A stretch of 64,000 bases of DNA from a virus. Its lineage: Duplodnaviria; Caudoviricetes. The stretch is taken from the IMG/VR virus record IMGVR_UViG_3300005805_000002, positions 10,190-74,189 of that record. The stretch is one strand, 5' to 3'. This document shows, piece after piece, positions 37,245-45,672 of the stretch. The notes beneath the pieces were generated by a model. It did not search any database and was not told where the DNA came from. It was given only the letters and a program-made list of their open reading frames with translations. Within the stretch, counting starts at the first letter, position 1, and every line of letters starts with the position of its first letter. The translations under genes and the position numbers were made by a program.

Positions 37245-37279
37245 AGTGGTAGTTGTGGTTAGTCGCTGGATCACGATGC

Positions 37280-37299
37280 TTAACCGGAAACTCGGTTAG
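37280..37299. repeat. 20-bp palindrome variant ttaaccggaaactcggttag
   Basis: Lies between the candidate ncRNA and the first early gene. Confidence 0.85.
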
Positions 37300-38190
37300 C
37301 CACGGGTCGGTCGTCGTCAGCACTCGGAGACCAATCCGAATGGACAGGGGAGATGAATCCGCAATGGGTAGTTCACGATCCCCTGTTTCGACCTTTATTC
37401 AGCAGTCAGCGCACGTTCAGCAGAGGAAGCGATTGGCGAGTGGGATGCGGACAAGTGGAGCCGCAAAGTTATAAGTGCCGTTCGTATCTGCTCGTCCCGA
37501 TTCGGTGTTCTACCGACATACCTCGAAAGGCATGACCGCAAACCAATGCGGTGGCAGGCTTGACTACCTGCTGCTCCGTTACCGGACCGAGCGCACGCCC
37601 CGTTTGAGGCGTTGCTGGTCTATGGTCGGAGAGGACTGCAACTGACTTCAGTCTTGCGCCCGTTTGTAATCACGGGCATCCGTTCGCGCTACGTTTCCTC
37701 ACGCTACAAGGCAATCCACAAGGGGACGAACCCCTTGGCCGGAACTGGTCTGCACCAGTGTCGCGTCCGGTCTGCCAACCCCGCCCTTACGCACCTCTAC
37801 TCGGGGACTCCAAAGCCTAACTCCCATCCCGCTGGAGACGATCCAGCGCGGCGAGAGGTCAGCAAACCCCTTTCGGGCCTCGATCAGTGTTGGCCTGATT
37901 TCGCGTCTGCTCGCGCACCTTGAGGGGTCTCGTCTCCCGTCCACGATCCTCGCCGCGCGGCCCTTCATCAGTAGCCCCTATGCGGTTCAACGGATCATCC
38001 AACTGGTGGACTTCGTTTCGATACCTCCCCTCGCCTTGCGGTCGAGTCTGAATGTCAAAGAACTGAAGGCTGCCTCGATCCCTTCTGCTGTCGGTCGGGA
38101 GTCGATCCCGTCTCGCGCTTCTGGTCTCTCGGTCTGCTACCTATTGGGGACCTCGGAGGAATTAGGTTGCCAACAGAGTAAGAAAGGGTA
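37300..38190 (-). ncRNA. Candidate large structured ncRNA (~890 nt)
   Basis: No convincing ORF; more than ten hairpins plus long-range helices; GNRA/UUCG tetraloops when read on the minus strand. Strand is tentative. Confidence 0.55.
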
Positions 38191-38196
38191 TGTTGG

Positions 38197-38216
38197 CTAA
38201 CCGGAACACTGGTTTA
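38197..38216. repeat. 20-bp palindrome variant ctaaccggaacactggttta
   Basis: Ends 4 nt before the ATG of the HTH gene. Confidence 0.7.
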
Positions 38217-38220
38217 CTGG

Positions 38221-38745
38221 ATGCCTGCCTCGCACGATCCCAAGCTGAAAGAAGAAGCTCGCCGCCTCATGGAGGAGGAAGGCTTTACTCTGACCGAGAC
38301 CGCTCGGCGGGTAGGAGTGTCGAAGGCAGTGATCAGTGACTGGGCGACAGCAGGTGAATGGAGGAGGACAGAAGTCGTTCGACAGGTTAGGATACAGGAA
38401 CAGAAACTGGTAACTGATCCGGTGTTAGATGCTGCGATCAAGCGACTTACGACAATGCCGAGAGGTCAACGGGAAGCGGAGTATGATGAGGCAATGCACC
38501 TTTGGGCTACCTCGATCCCGATTCTGTTGAAGCAAATCCCTCACAATGAATTAGTTACAAAGGCCGACAAGGTTGCAAAGCTCATCGAGGTATCGAGGAA
38601 AGTGCTTGGAAAAGAGGAAGGCAAATCGAAACCTGCCATGCTATCTGTCGGAATCCTGTCGTCGTCTCCCATCCCCAGCAGGATTCCCCAGCCGCTGGAA
38701 ATCCTTGATGCACAGGTGGATACGCTAACCGAAGATGCGGTTTAG
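38221..38745 (+). CDS. N-terminal HTH DNA-binding protein (small terminase-like or regulator)
   Basis: ARRLMEEEGFTLTETARRVGVSKAVISDWATAGEW; isolated plus-strand gene. Confidence 0.65.
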   Translation: MPASHDPKLKEEARRLMEEEGFTLTETARRVGVSKAVISDWATAGEWRRTEVVRQVRIQEQKLVTDPVLDAAIKRLTTMPRGQREAEYDEAMHLWATSIPILLKQIPHNELVTKADKVAKLIEVSRKVLGKEEGKSKPAMLSVGILSSSPIPSRIPQPLEILDAQVDTLTEDAV

Positions 38746-38889
38746 GTAGCGGGTTGCCTACCTGCTACCGGAAAAAGGATTCTTTTTCTGGCGGACACTG
38801 ACGGCAGGGGTCTCCCCCCGGACCCTGTTCCGCAACCCACTACATTATATGTACGAAGGTTATAAAAAAGTGCCCGTTTTTCTAACAGG

Positions 38890-39335
38890 GCCCTCTCTGT
38901 AGCCTCTCTGTAGCCGGGTTCATCGACACGTCGCGAGAACATGTCGACGTTCGACCACTTTATCGACATGTCGCCGAACGACCACACCCGCCGGAGGGCT
39001 TCGCCACGAACGGGTGGCCGTTAGGGGGAAACTCAGGGGGAAAGGGGGAAACTGTTTTTGGTAGTTTCCCCCCATCCAAAACCGCTCCGTTTACTCTGTT
39101 ATTTTAGGGGGTAGGGGGGAAAGGGGGGAAACTATTTCTCTATTTCTACGGGAAGATGAAAATAAATAGATACGATGTAAAAAAAACCCGTATTATGTAT
39201 TTTAGGTAGACTTTTCAAAACATCTCCCCCTTTCCCCCCTTTCCCCCCAGTTGGACGCCAAGCCGTTCGTAAGCAGGTGCTTACGCCGAAAAATTTCGGA
39301 AAAATCCTTCCCCCCGCCGAAAAGTTTCCCCCGGT
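38890..39335. repeat. AT-rich region with direct repeats and opposed G5-6/C5-6 tracts (candidate origin or packaging region)
   Basis: ctctctgtagc x2; tcgaca/gtcg repeats; (ggggg aaa)n at 39024-48 and 39107-28 versus (ccccc ttt)n at 39225-48; palindrome gtaagcaggtgcttac. Confidence 0.55.
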
Positions 39336-39366
39336 TAGTGGTAACCAAGTACTAAGGAACCCCTAA

Positions 39367-39585
39367 TTAGTGGATCCTAAGACCCCGGTCATTGAGGATC
39401 TCCCAAAGCCGATCCCACACCCGCTCGAAGGTCCTGTACTCCTCAATCGTATTCTCCCCGTGCTTGATCTGCGACCGGAGGTAGTTCTGGAGGTCGTCCA
39501 TTGCGAACTTCCAGTCCGAGCCCTTGAGGGCGTCGAGATGGGCGTCTTCGTCTTCGGGTAGCTCGAACTCAAGGGTCGCTTTCAT
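39367..39585 (-). CDS. Conserved small phage protein (72 aa)
   Basis: MKATLEFELPEDEDAH...DLQNYLRSQIKH. Confidence 0.7.
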   Translation of the reverse strand: MKATLEFELPEDEDAHLDALKGSDWKFAMDDLQNYLRSQIKHGENTIEEYRTFERVWDRLWEILNDRGLRIH

Positions 39586-39604
39586 AGATTAACACATAGG
39601 ATAA

Positions 39605-40018
39605 CTACGGCAGGTGAACTGGCAGTTCATCAGTGCAAAGGGGGTCACGGATTCCTGCTATCTCTACAGCTTTCAGGAAAGCCTGCTTTGTCCCCCCTGA
39701 TTTCCACAGCAAGCTCGCAAAGGCTACGCGTTGCTTGTTTTCTATGGGCCTCCAAAGGTCCGTGAAGAAAGCCTCCATCAGCCTCAAGAAAGCCGCCCCG
39801 TTCTTGTAGTCCATGCCTTCCATGTGCTTGTTACCCACCCACGCGAAGAAGTGGCTGTACTTGTGGAAGCGGTCCCTGTGTGCCCGAACGCGGGAGAAAA
39901 TGCACGTGGCCTTGCCGACGTACATGCACTCTTTTTCTTTGAAGAACGCGTAGCATCCCGTGAGGCCCCGGTAGCGCTCGAATTCTTGAAGGTAGGAGTT
40001 TAGGGGCTTGTGCTTCAT
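39605..40018 (-). CDS. GIY-YIG nuclease-like protein
   Basis: GCYAFF...YVGKA...RVRAH...E...N. Confidence 0.7.
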   Translation of the reverse strand: MKHKPLNSYLQEFERYRGLTGCYAFFKEKECMYVGKATCIFSRVRAHRDRFHKYSHFFAWVGNKHMEGMDYKNGAAFLRLMEAFFTDLWRPIENKQRVAFASLLWKSGGTKQAFLKAVEIAGIRDPLCTDELPVHLP

Positions 40019-40422
40019 GGGATGTGGCGAAGCTGGATCCCAAGATGCCGGGCTACTTGGATGCATTGAGCCGGGTCTCCAAATCTTGGGACCGTGGAGT
40101 AATAGACATCCGAGATCCTGTACGACGCGATCAGGGTGAGGCAGTTGGTACAGGGGAGCAGGGTTACCGCCAGCAGCTCACCCTCGCCGGGGCTGATATA
40201 CCGCAGAGCATTGGTCTCGGCATGGATCACATACTGGCGGCGGGTGTCCCGATCCGACCAGTCGATCTGGACTCCGGTGGGCCCTCCGTTGTACCCGACA
40301 CCCCCGACGCTGTAGTCTTTTCTCAAGACGCAGGCTCCCACTTTGACGTAGGGGTCCTCGGACCGGGTGCAGGCAGCGTAAGCCAGTTTCATGGCGAACT
40401 CGGGCCAACTGGGTCTCTTCAT
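40015..40422 (-). CDS. dCMP deaminase (CDA/ComEB family)
   Basis: RSEDP..KVGA, GYNG, IHAETNAL (HAE), PCTNC (PCxxC). Confidence 0.9.
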   Translation of the reverse strand: MKRPSWPEFAMKLAYAACTRSEDPYVKVGACVLRKDYSVGGVGYNGGPTGVQIDWSDRDTRRQYVIHAETNALRYISPGEGELLAVTLLPCTNCLTLIASYRISDVYYSTVPRFGDPAQCIQVARHLGIQLRHIP

Positions 40423-40470
40423 TCCGTCCATAGTCGTCACCAAAAGTGCGCAGTTTGTGTTACTTCGTGT

Positions 40471-40719
40471 TTAGTCCCAGTATCTTTGGCTCCCGGTCAG
40501 ATGGCCCGAAAACATCCGTTCAAGAACGGCTTCGACGTCCCACGCGTAGGGGCCCCCGGCGAACATGGTTTGGATACCGAACATTTCCCCGAATCGCTTC
40601 CGGTCGATGTTTGCGTCGGCGAGTTTCTCATCCAGCTCGGTCCACGTGACGTGGGCTATGGGGTTCTTCCGAACCTCGCAGCCTATCTGTTTGAGACGGG
40701 GGAACTCGGTTGCGGTCAT
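40471..40719 (-). CDS. Hypothetical protein (82 aa)
   Basis: ATGA overlap; MTATEFPRL... Confidence 0.6.
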   Translation of the reverse strand: MTATEFPRLKQIGCEVRKNPIAHVTWTELDEKLADANIDRKRFGEMFGIQTMFAGGPYAWDVEAVLERMFSGHLTGSQRYWD

Positions 40720-41003
40720 AAGGGGAGAAGAATAGGAACGATCCACTTCACCTTATTTGCCCAATATGCCGCACTCATCTTACCCTTCTTGATGTTGCTG
40801 GCGTGACGAGCTTTGAACGACTCCCGGCGTTTGCGATACGATGCGGACTCTCCGGCTTTCTTCGGCGATCCGCTTACTCCCTGCTGCCCGAAGCGAATGA
40901 TTTTCTCCTGACCGCCGGAGCACGCTTTAACGACGTGACTCTTGGTCGGATGACTCGGCGTTCGCTTCGGCGAGTTGCACTTCATTTTGGATTTGTTGAT
41001 CAT
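40716..41003 (-). CDS. DUF5872-like basic phage protein
   Basis: KSHVVKAC.GG.EKIIRFGQQG...RRESFKARH...MSAAYWANKVKW. Confidence 0.7.
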   Translation of the reverse strand: MINKSKMKCNSPKRTPSHPTKSHVVKACSGGQEKIIRFGQQGVSGSPKKAGESASYRKRRESFKARHASNIKKGKMSAAYWANKVKWIVPILLPL

Positions 41004-41007
41004 AAGT

Positions 41008-41094
41008 TTAGTCTCTCCAATCCCAGACGAGGACGAGGAGGCTGACGACCGTAGCGCTTGCAACGATCAGAGCCGCCCAGTCCCCCGCGTTCAC
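41008..41094 (-). CDS. 28-aa single-TM micropeptide
   Basis: GTG start overlapping the upstream stop; NAGDWAALIVASATVVSLLVLVWDWRD. Confidence 0.45.
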   Translation of the reverse strand: MNAGDWAALIVASATVVSLLVLVWDWRD

Positions 41095-41483
41095 GGGTTC
41101 TCCTCCTTGTCGCGCCAGTCGGCGTATTGCACGAGGTTCGGGAAGTACATGTCGGTCACCTCGTCGTACTCGTAGACCATCCCATCGATTGTCTTCTTGC
41201 GTGGAGTTGTCAGTTTTCGCCAGTTGTCGACAGCGTTCTGCCAGCTCGTCTCCATTGGTTGGTTCCATTCACGAGCCGGAGGAAAGTTCCACGGGTAGGG
41301 GCGAGGAGCTGCTGCGCAACCGCCAAAAGCCACAAGACCGAAGCAAGCGTAGAGCGCGGCCAGTGTTACGGCAGCCCGGTGACCGGGCCGCTGAGGAATC
41401 CCGGCGATCAAGGAGCGAATAGCCCTCGGAATATCTTCTAGGACTTCGTCAAGCCCCTTACTCTGCGCCATCCGTCTTTCCAT
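41091..41483 (-). CDS. Membrane/lipoprotein-like hypothetical protein
   Basis: Hydrophobic segment ending in GGC. Confidence 0.5.
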   Translation of the reverse strand: MERRMAQSKGLDEVLEDIPRAIRSLIAGIPQRPGHRAAVTLAALYACFGLVAFGGCAAAPRPYPWNFPPAREWNQPMETSWQNAVDNWRKLTTPRKKTIDGMVYEYDEVTDMYFPNLVQYADWRDKEENP

Positions 41484-41713
41484 AAAATTGTTGTCAGTCG
41501 TTTAGCGATCCCCCGGACCTGCATCTCGTTTAGCTTTGGAAACAGAATGTGCGTTGCTTCGTGCAGCATTGTGTCCAGCCGTTCTTTTTCGCCTTGTCTT
41601 GGGTCGATTTCGACCAGCGGCTTTGTTCCGTCCCACGCCAGACCGTCGGCTTTTTCCCGGCCGAGCTTTCGCTCCCTGACCCGGATTCTCTTCGGAAGTT
41701 TCTTTGCAATCAT
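41438..41713 (-). CDS. Small zincin-like (HExxH) protein
   Basis: LDTMLHEATHILFP. Confidence 0.7.
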   Translation of the reverse strand: MIAKKLPKRIRVRERKLGREKADGLAWDGTKPLVEIDPRQGEKERLDTMLHEATHILFPKLNEMQVRGIAKRLTTILWKDGWRRVRGLTKS

Positions 41714-41846
41714 GTCTCGGCTCTGGCGCGGTTTGTGCTATCGTCTTAAACCATGAAAGGAGGTGTTTCCAAATGTATTTCATTAGTGCTTCGGGGTTGG
41801 TTTACGGCCCCTATGGTGGAATAGGTATAGTCCCCAAGCGGGCTCG

Positions 41847-42161
41847 TCAAGGGGGTGTCGTGACTCCCTCTCGATTTTCCCGTTTGGTTCGGAATATAAC
41901 CCGTGCCACTCTGCGTATAATGCGGATGATGTAGTTACCGCCCTGCGGTTTCTCCACCACCTCCGGTTCGTCCACGATATCCAGCGTTCCGTTGGGCAAC
42001 GCTCGAATCTGGTCCGACCGGAGGTGGACAATTCCCCCGCCCTTCTCCAGCGCTACCGTCCAGATATCGTTCGCTAAGTGGCTTTCTTTACAGACGTAGA
42101 TTGTCCAGCCGTACCCCAGAGGGGTCCATACGCAGAACGGTTTCTGAAACTCCAGCATCAT
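41847..42161 (-). CDS. Hypothetical protein
   Basis: MMLEFQKPFCVWTPLGYG...; ATGA overlap. Confidence 0.6.
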   Translation of the reverse strand: MMLEFQKPFCVWTPLGYGWTIYVCKESHLANDIWTVALEKGGGIVHLRSDQIRALPNGTLDIVDEPEVVEKPQGGNYIIRIIRRVARVIFRTKRENREGVTTPP

Positions 42162-42679
42162 GGGGTTACTTGATCCCATCGAACTTGGACCAAAAGTTCC
42201 CGGCCGACTTTGAGGATTTCTACGCCGGGAAGCCTCTTGGCTACGGCCTTCATGGCCCGCGTTACCTGCGTGGAGAACGGCACGCCCGTCATTGGGTAGA
42301 GAACGGTCCGGTGGAATTCCTCTAATTTTCCGCTCCAAGTTAAAACGTTCGTTTCCTCGTAACCGGAATCGGAATAGACCTGAATGGCTTCGATGAATTG
42401 GTCGGCCAAGGTCTTCTCTTTCTTGGTTCCACCGACTTCAATAGACGCGATCAGGTGGTCCTCAGCCGAGAGACTGTAGTTTTGCAAGAACGCCGACGCC
42501 TCCGTCGCGTTCCAGTATCGGATCGTGCCGCGACGTGCAGCGAAGGCCCCTACCACGGCCGATCCTGCTGGACCTCCCGGCGCAAACTCCACGCTTATAC
42601 CGTGCTTCTCGGCTTTGAAGACGACGTAGTCCCCCTCTTTGACGATAGCGGCCAGCGTTCCTGCTTCAGATATTTTCAT
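42158..42679 (-). CDS. Hypothetical protein (173 aa)
   Basis: Packed ORF. Confidence 0.6.
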   Translation of the reverse strand: MKISEAGTLAAIVKEGDYVVFKAEKHGISVEFAPGGPAGSAVVGAFAARRGTIRYWNATEASAFLQNYSLSAEDHLIASIEVGGTKKEKTLADQFIEAIQVYSDSGYEETNVLTWSGKLEEFHRTVLYPMTGVPFSTQVTRAMKAVAKRLPGVEILKVGRELLVQVRWDQVTP

Positions 42680-43070
42680 CGGATCTTTCCAAGAACATTG
42701 GGGTTGACGGGCCCACGTAAGCTCCCGCCGTGTTGTACTCGAAATACTCTTCGGCCTCTTCCAAAGATGTGCCTAAATTTTTGGCGAGAATTTCGATGCA
42801 CTTGGCCCGGTCGTAGACGGCAATCGGGTCTCCGTTGAGCCGCCACCGATCCCGTATGATACCGACTAGCGCTCCCTCAAGCCCGTCGGCTAGCAGCGGA
42901 GGGGTCTCACCTTCTCCCAGTAACCACTCGATAGTTGGGGTGCTTCGAGTGTTTCGGCCACGGGCTCGATCTAAATCTTGCCGGAGTTCTTCGATCTTCC
43001 AGTTCAAACGGTCGTTTTCCATGCGCGCTTCACTAAGCTGAACTTGAAGCTGCATCTCTTGCGCGGTCAT
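42666..43070 (-). CDS. Conserved phage protein
   Basis: LLADGLEGALVG...AVYDRAKCIEIL...EEAEEYFEYNTAGAYVGPSTP. Confidence 0.7.
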   Translation of the reverse strand: MTAQEMQLQVQLSEARMENDRLNWKIEELRQDLDRARGRNTRSTPTIEWLLGEGETPPLLADGLEGALVGIIRDRWRLNGDPIAVYDRAKCIEILAKNLGTSLEEAEEYFEYNTAGAYVGPSTPMFLERSDENI

Positions 43071-43447
43071 ATGCTTCCCTCCATTGTGTTGATTTCTCCT
43101 CCACAGGCGGCGTAGCCCGCGAGGTCGATCCAGTTGTCTTCTTTCGGAACGTGCGCCTGACGCCCCAACTTCACGCAGCACATAATGGCCGCGATGTCTG
43201 ACGCCGTGACTTTGACCTCTTTTCCGTTGGTGCGGGACAGATACGCCGAGATCATTGCGGCCTGACATTTGAAGTCTTCGATTGGAGGACCGTAACTGTC
43301 GTTGCGGGGTCCGCATACCGCGTTGACGGCTTTGCTCAAGATGATCTCCGCCGGGCGCGGGTCTCTGCTTTGATCCTCAAAGAGAAGGGTCTCTATAAAC
43401 TTTTTCGCTTTTGAGGGACGCTGGGTTTGTTCGGATTTAGGTGCCAT
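43067..43447 (-). CDS. DUF6378-like protein
   Basis: RNDSYGPP.EDF...M...KLGR...DNWIDLAGYAA. Confidence 0.75.
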   Translation of the reverse strand: MAPKSEQTQRPSKAKKFIETLLFEDQSRDPRPAEIILSKAVNAVCGPRNDSYGPPIEDFKCQAAMISAYLSRTNGKEVKVTASDIAAIMCCVKLGRQAHVPKEDNWIDLAGYAACGGEINTMEGSI

Positions 43448-43452
43448 AGTGT

Positions 43453-45672
43453 TTAATCGTCATGCAGGCTGGGCGGATGGATCGTGTAACGGACCGAGTG
43501 CTTCTTGCTCTTGGACTTCGTCTCGACCACGACCCCGCTTCCTTTGGTTTTTGAGAGTTTGTTGAGGCGCATCCCCACGGCTCGGACGTTGAGAGAACTC
43601 ATCGTCGGAGCGAGGTTGCGGTGGGCCACGATCAGGGCAGTTAGTTCGGCAGCAGTGCCCGTCCACGGCTGTTTCTGGTTGCGCAGGCTGACCAGCTCGT
43701 CGTCCGTGTCCCACAGGATGGTCAGGACTCCAAGGATATCGGAGTCGAAGGAGTTGATGGCCGCATCCCGACGCGTAGCTTCGTGAATGTAGTTGCGCAT
43801 CCCGAGCCGATACTTCGGGTTTACCAACCACGTCGGGGGAGTCCACTCCTCCAACCAATGGCAAAGCATCTTGAGTTCAGCTTTGAGTATCTTTTTGACC
43901 TGATCTTGCCCCGGGAATCTGAATGGGGAGTCTGGACTGCAACGAAGTACAATGACCTTGTCCTCATTGTTCATGTCCAAGTCCGGGATCATAAGGAGGC
44001 TGTTTGGATCCTCGTTGAGAGAGATCATAATCCTTCCGTTGAACGGGATCTGAATGGGATCGGTGTACATCGGTCGGTACATGATGTTCGGATTGGCGAT
44101 AAGTGCTTTTAGGATTTCCGAGAACTGTGTGTGCTCAGTTTTGTTCGCCGCTGCCATGTTGTCGTCGATGTGCCAGTGCCCCACTTCGAGCATGTTCTTG
44201 TTGAAGGGTTCTCGGCCGAGCAGGTACTTACCCGCATCGAATCCGCCGCCCATGATCTGGGGTATAATCACGGCGTTCAGCAGGGTCTTTCCTTTGTTGG
44301 TTCCTCCCACGAGGAAGACAGCGTGGCCCCGTCTTGGGTTGCCCTGCCTTGCGCCGACATACATCGTCTTCAACCACGCCAATAAATAAACGAGCTGTTT
44401 ACGGGGAGCGAACATGTGCCAGAGAAATTCGGCCAACCACGGGAAGCCGTCACCGAATTTGGGGTTGGGGATCGACTTGTCCGGCTCCATAGGCCGAACG
44501 CGGGACGTGTTGAGGTATTTCTGCCCGGCCATCTCCACGACTTCCCGTTTGTCGAAGATGAAGGGCACCGCCCCGTCGATAATACGCGTTTGCTGGACGT
44601 ACATCAGAGCCATTTCGATTTCTGAGGGCCCCATGTTTGAGGCTTTGGTGCGGTTCAACTGCTGGTTGCACATGAGGTGCAGCGAAAGGTCTTCTTTGTT
44701 CTGAGATCGCCAGTGTCCGTCGGGCCACTTGCGGTAGTAGCCGATTTTAGGTTGGTAGTAGACACCGTCGGTAGCCGCGCCGATTTTGTTCTCTTCCCAC
44801 TTGCGCGTGAAGTCCGCCCCAAGGATTTCTTTCCAAGGTTTGAACAGCTTTTCTTCGGCAGAGAAGCAGTAGACACCGTGAGCGCGGAACACTGTGCTTC
44901 GAGGATTGGTGGCATCCGGATCCCAGAAGGCTGGGCCTTGGCAACCGTCTTTGAACTCAACGTCGGCGGGCCACTTGCCGGGGTACGCCTTGTCGATCTG
45001 CGCTTTAATTTCGGGAAAAGGGATCTCCGGAAGGCCTCCTGAATTTTTACCCCGGGAGCCTTTTTTGACAGCTCGGACGAAAGCACCTTTCGCTTCATCC
45101 AAGTTCAGCGCATCCGGATTGAATCGATCCCACGTTCCGCCGATATCGTAGTAGGTCGAGGTCTTCTTGAGAGCCCCCTCGTCGAGTCCCGCTAACAGAA
45201 GATCGAGCTTCAGCAGTTTGCGCATTTCGTCGATAAAGTGCGGCAGAAAGATGTCCGGCGCGTCTCCCACGTTGAAGGGTTCGTTGAATTCCCAAACAAG
45301 GCGCATGTTGCCACTGGGGCTGATCACTACCCACTGGGGAATCAGTGCTGGAGTAGCCGAGAGGATCTGTTCGATGTTCGCCTTGATCTGGGGGATGGTC
45401 CCGGGTGACGGGGCATCGTAGTCAGTCACCAAACCGTGCATCCGGAATACGGGGTTGCCCGCCTTCGCGTTAATACGCTGCTCCGGGTTCACGCCTTCCC
45501 AGATCGAGAAGATGCAGGCGTCGCTCTTTTCCGAAGCGAGCCACTTGCGTCGAGTTTCTTTATCAATTAAGCCGGGCGGCTCTTTTGTTTTGGAGGCCGC
45601 GCACTCAGCTTGAGGGTCCGAGAACGTATAGACGTCTGAGGCCCGGAGGTTTTTGATGGCGAAGTAGGTCAT
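43453..45672 (-). CDS. Primase-helicase (C-terminal SF3/DUF5906-like NTPase)
   Basis: FLVGGTNKGKT Walker A; N-terminal primase-like region; located in the replication block. Confidence 0.7.
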   Translation of the reverse strand: MTYFAIKNLRASDVYTFSDPQAECAASKTKEPPGLIDKETRRKWLASEKSDACIFSIWEGVNPEQRINAKAGNPVFRMHGLVTDYDAPSPGTIPQIKANIEQILSATPALIPQWVVISPSGNMRLVWEFNEPFNVGDAPDIFLPHFIDEMRKLLKLDLLLAGLDEGALKKTSTYYDIGGTWDRFNPDALNLDEAKGAFVRAVKKGSRGKNSGGLPEIPFPEIKAQIDKAYPGKWPADVEFKDGCQGPAFWDPDATNPRSTVFRAHGVYCFSAEEKLFKPWKEILGADFTRKWEENKIGAATDGVYYQPKIGYYRKWPDGHWRSQNKEDLSLHLMCNQQLNRTKASNMGPSEIEMALMYVQQTRIIDGAVPFIFDKREVVEMAGQKYLNTSRVRPMEPDKSIPNPKFGDGFPWLAEFLWHMFAPRKQLVYLLAWLKTMYVGARQGNPRRGHAVFLVGGTNKGKTLLNAVIIPQIMGGGFDAGKYLLGREPFNKNMLEVGHWHIDDNMAAANKTEHTQFSEILKALIANPNIMYRPMYTDPIQIPFNGRIMISLNEDPNSLLMIPDLDMNNEDKVIVLRCSPDSPFRFPGQDQVKKILKAELKMLCHWLEEWTPPTWLVNPKYRLGMRNYIHEATRRDAAINSFDSDILGVLTILWDTDDELVSLRNQKQPWTGTAAELTALIVAHRNLAPTMSSLNVRAVGMRLNKLSKTKGSGVVVETKSKSKKHSVRYTIHPPSLHDD

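Noticed and set aside
37990-38115. tmRNA- or tRNA-like fragments inside the large structured region (CGGG-ATCGACT-CCCG; GTCCACCA on the minus strand)
   Set aside because: They could not be assembled into a consistent acceptor stem plus T-arm; needs a covariance-model search.
37612-38200. ORFs 37612-37923, 37699-37968 and 38006-38200
   Set aside because: Non-ATG starts, no leader motif, composition typical of non-coding frames, and overlap with dense RNA helices.
25124-38216. Palindromic repeats as a CRISPR array
   Set aside because: Spacing is about 0.4-2.9 kb and irregular, with whole genes in between. No cas operon; the only Cas4-like domain is in the replication block.
25124-38216. Palindromes as canonical integron attC sites
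   Set aside because: Only 20 bp (attC sites are much longer), RYYYAAC/GTTRRRY is matched only partly, and the motif is absent from the att region beside the integrase. Kept only as an analogy.
41008-41483. Lysis cassette (holin/spanin)
   Set aside because: Small membrane ORFs are present, but I recognised no endolysin in the window, so no lysis call is supported.
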